Positions 63,743 through 64,000 of a stretch of DNA of 64,000 nt are shown one piece after another. Numbering within the stretch: the stretch's first letter is position 1; each line of letters opens with the position of its first letter. Under the pieces are notes generated by a model. That model saw only the letters and a program-made list of their open reading frames with translations, made no database searches and was not told the DNA's origin. Source of the DNA: Yuukianura sp. NJ FZ-2021 (lineage: Eukaryota); assembly GCA_046563655.1 (NCBI GenBank), contig CM102287.1:5518001-5582000 (forward strand), in the 5' to 3' direction. The position numbers and the translations under genes are program-made.

Positions 63743-64000
63743 GTACGTCTCCTGAAAATTAACTAACCTTTTCTCAAGGTTCGTAAACAAAAAAAACTTT
63801 TTCCACATCAGGTTGTCCAATAACTTTTTTTCTTTCCAATAACAATTTCTGCCAAAAAATTTTCAAAAATGAAACATGTTAAAGTTCACCTGCATTTCTT
63901 TCACAATTTTTGACTTTTATATAGTTTTTTTTTTTATTATTATGCGATTTAGCATGAAAAAAAAATTGGGCAAAAAAGTAAAAACAAAATTAGGGGAAAA

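Overview
Eukaryotic, probably arthropod, AT-rich genomic DNA; the species cannot be identified from the sequence. Three intron-containing genes could be reconstructed by hand with frame-consistent splice sites. (1) The 3' six exons of LSD1/KDM1A lie on the minus strand (2956-8667); its upstream exons were not found anywhere in the remaining 55 kb. (2) A complete 7-exon, 590-aa divergent ionotropic receptor (IR) gene lies on the plus strand (25545-28018) and probably uses one GC-AG intron. (3) A Toll-6/Tollo-like Toll receptor lies on the plus strand (58880 to beyond the window end, TIR domain incomplete) and has five phase-1 introns. The IR and Toll genes may therefore be nested antisense in a >55-kb LSD1 intron. 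The non-coding DNA holds a DINE-1/HINE-like Helentron derivative, several short tandem repeats and hairpins. By eye it also shows a patterned background: A/C skew on the plus strand, dozens of degenerate CCTAA/TTAGG clusters with a recurring GTTAG-N-CTAAC palindrome, and roughly kb-scale alternation of A/T-tract, CpG-retaining islands with CpG-poor blocks. No CRISPR, rRNA, tRNA or transposase ORF was seen. Most short ORFs in the track look spurious.
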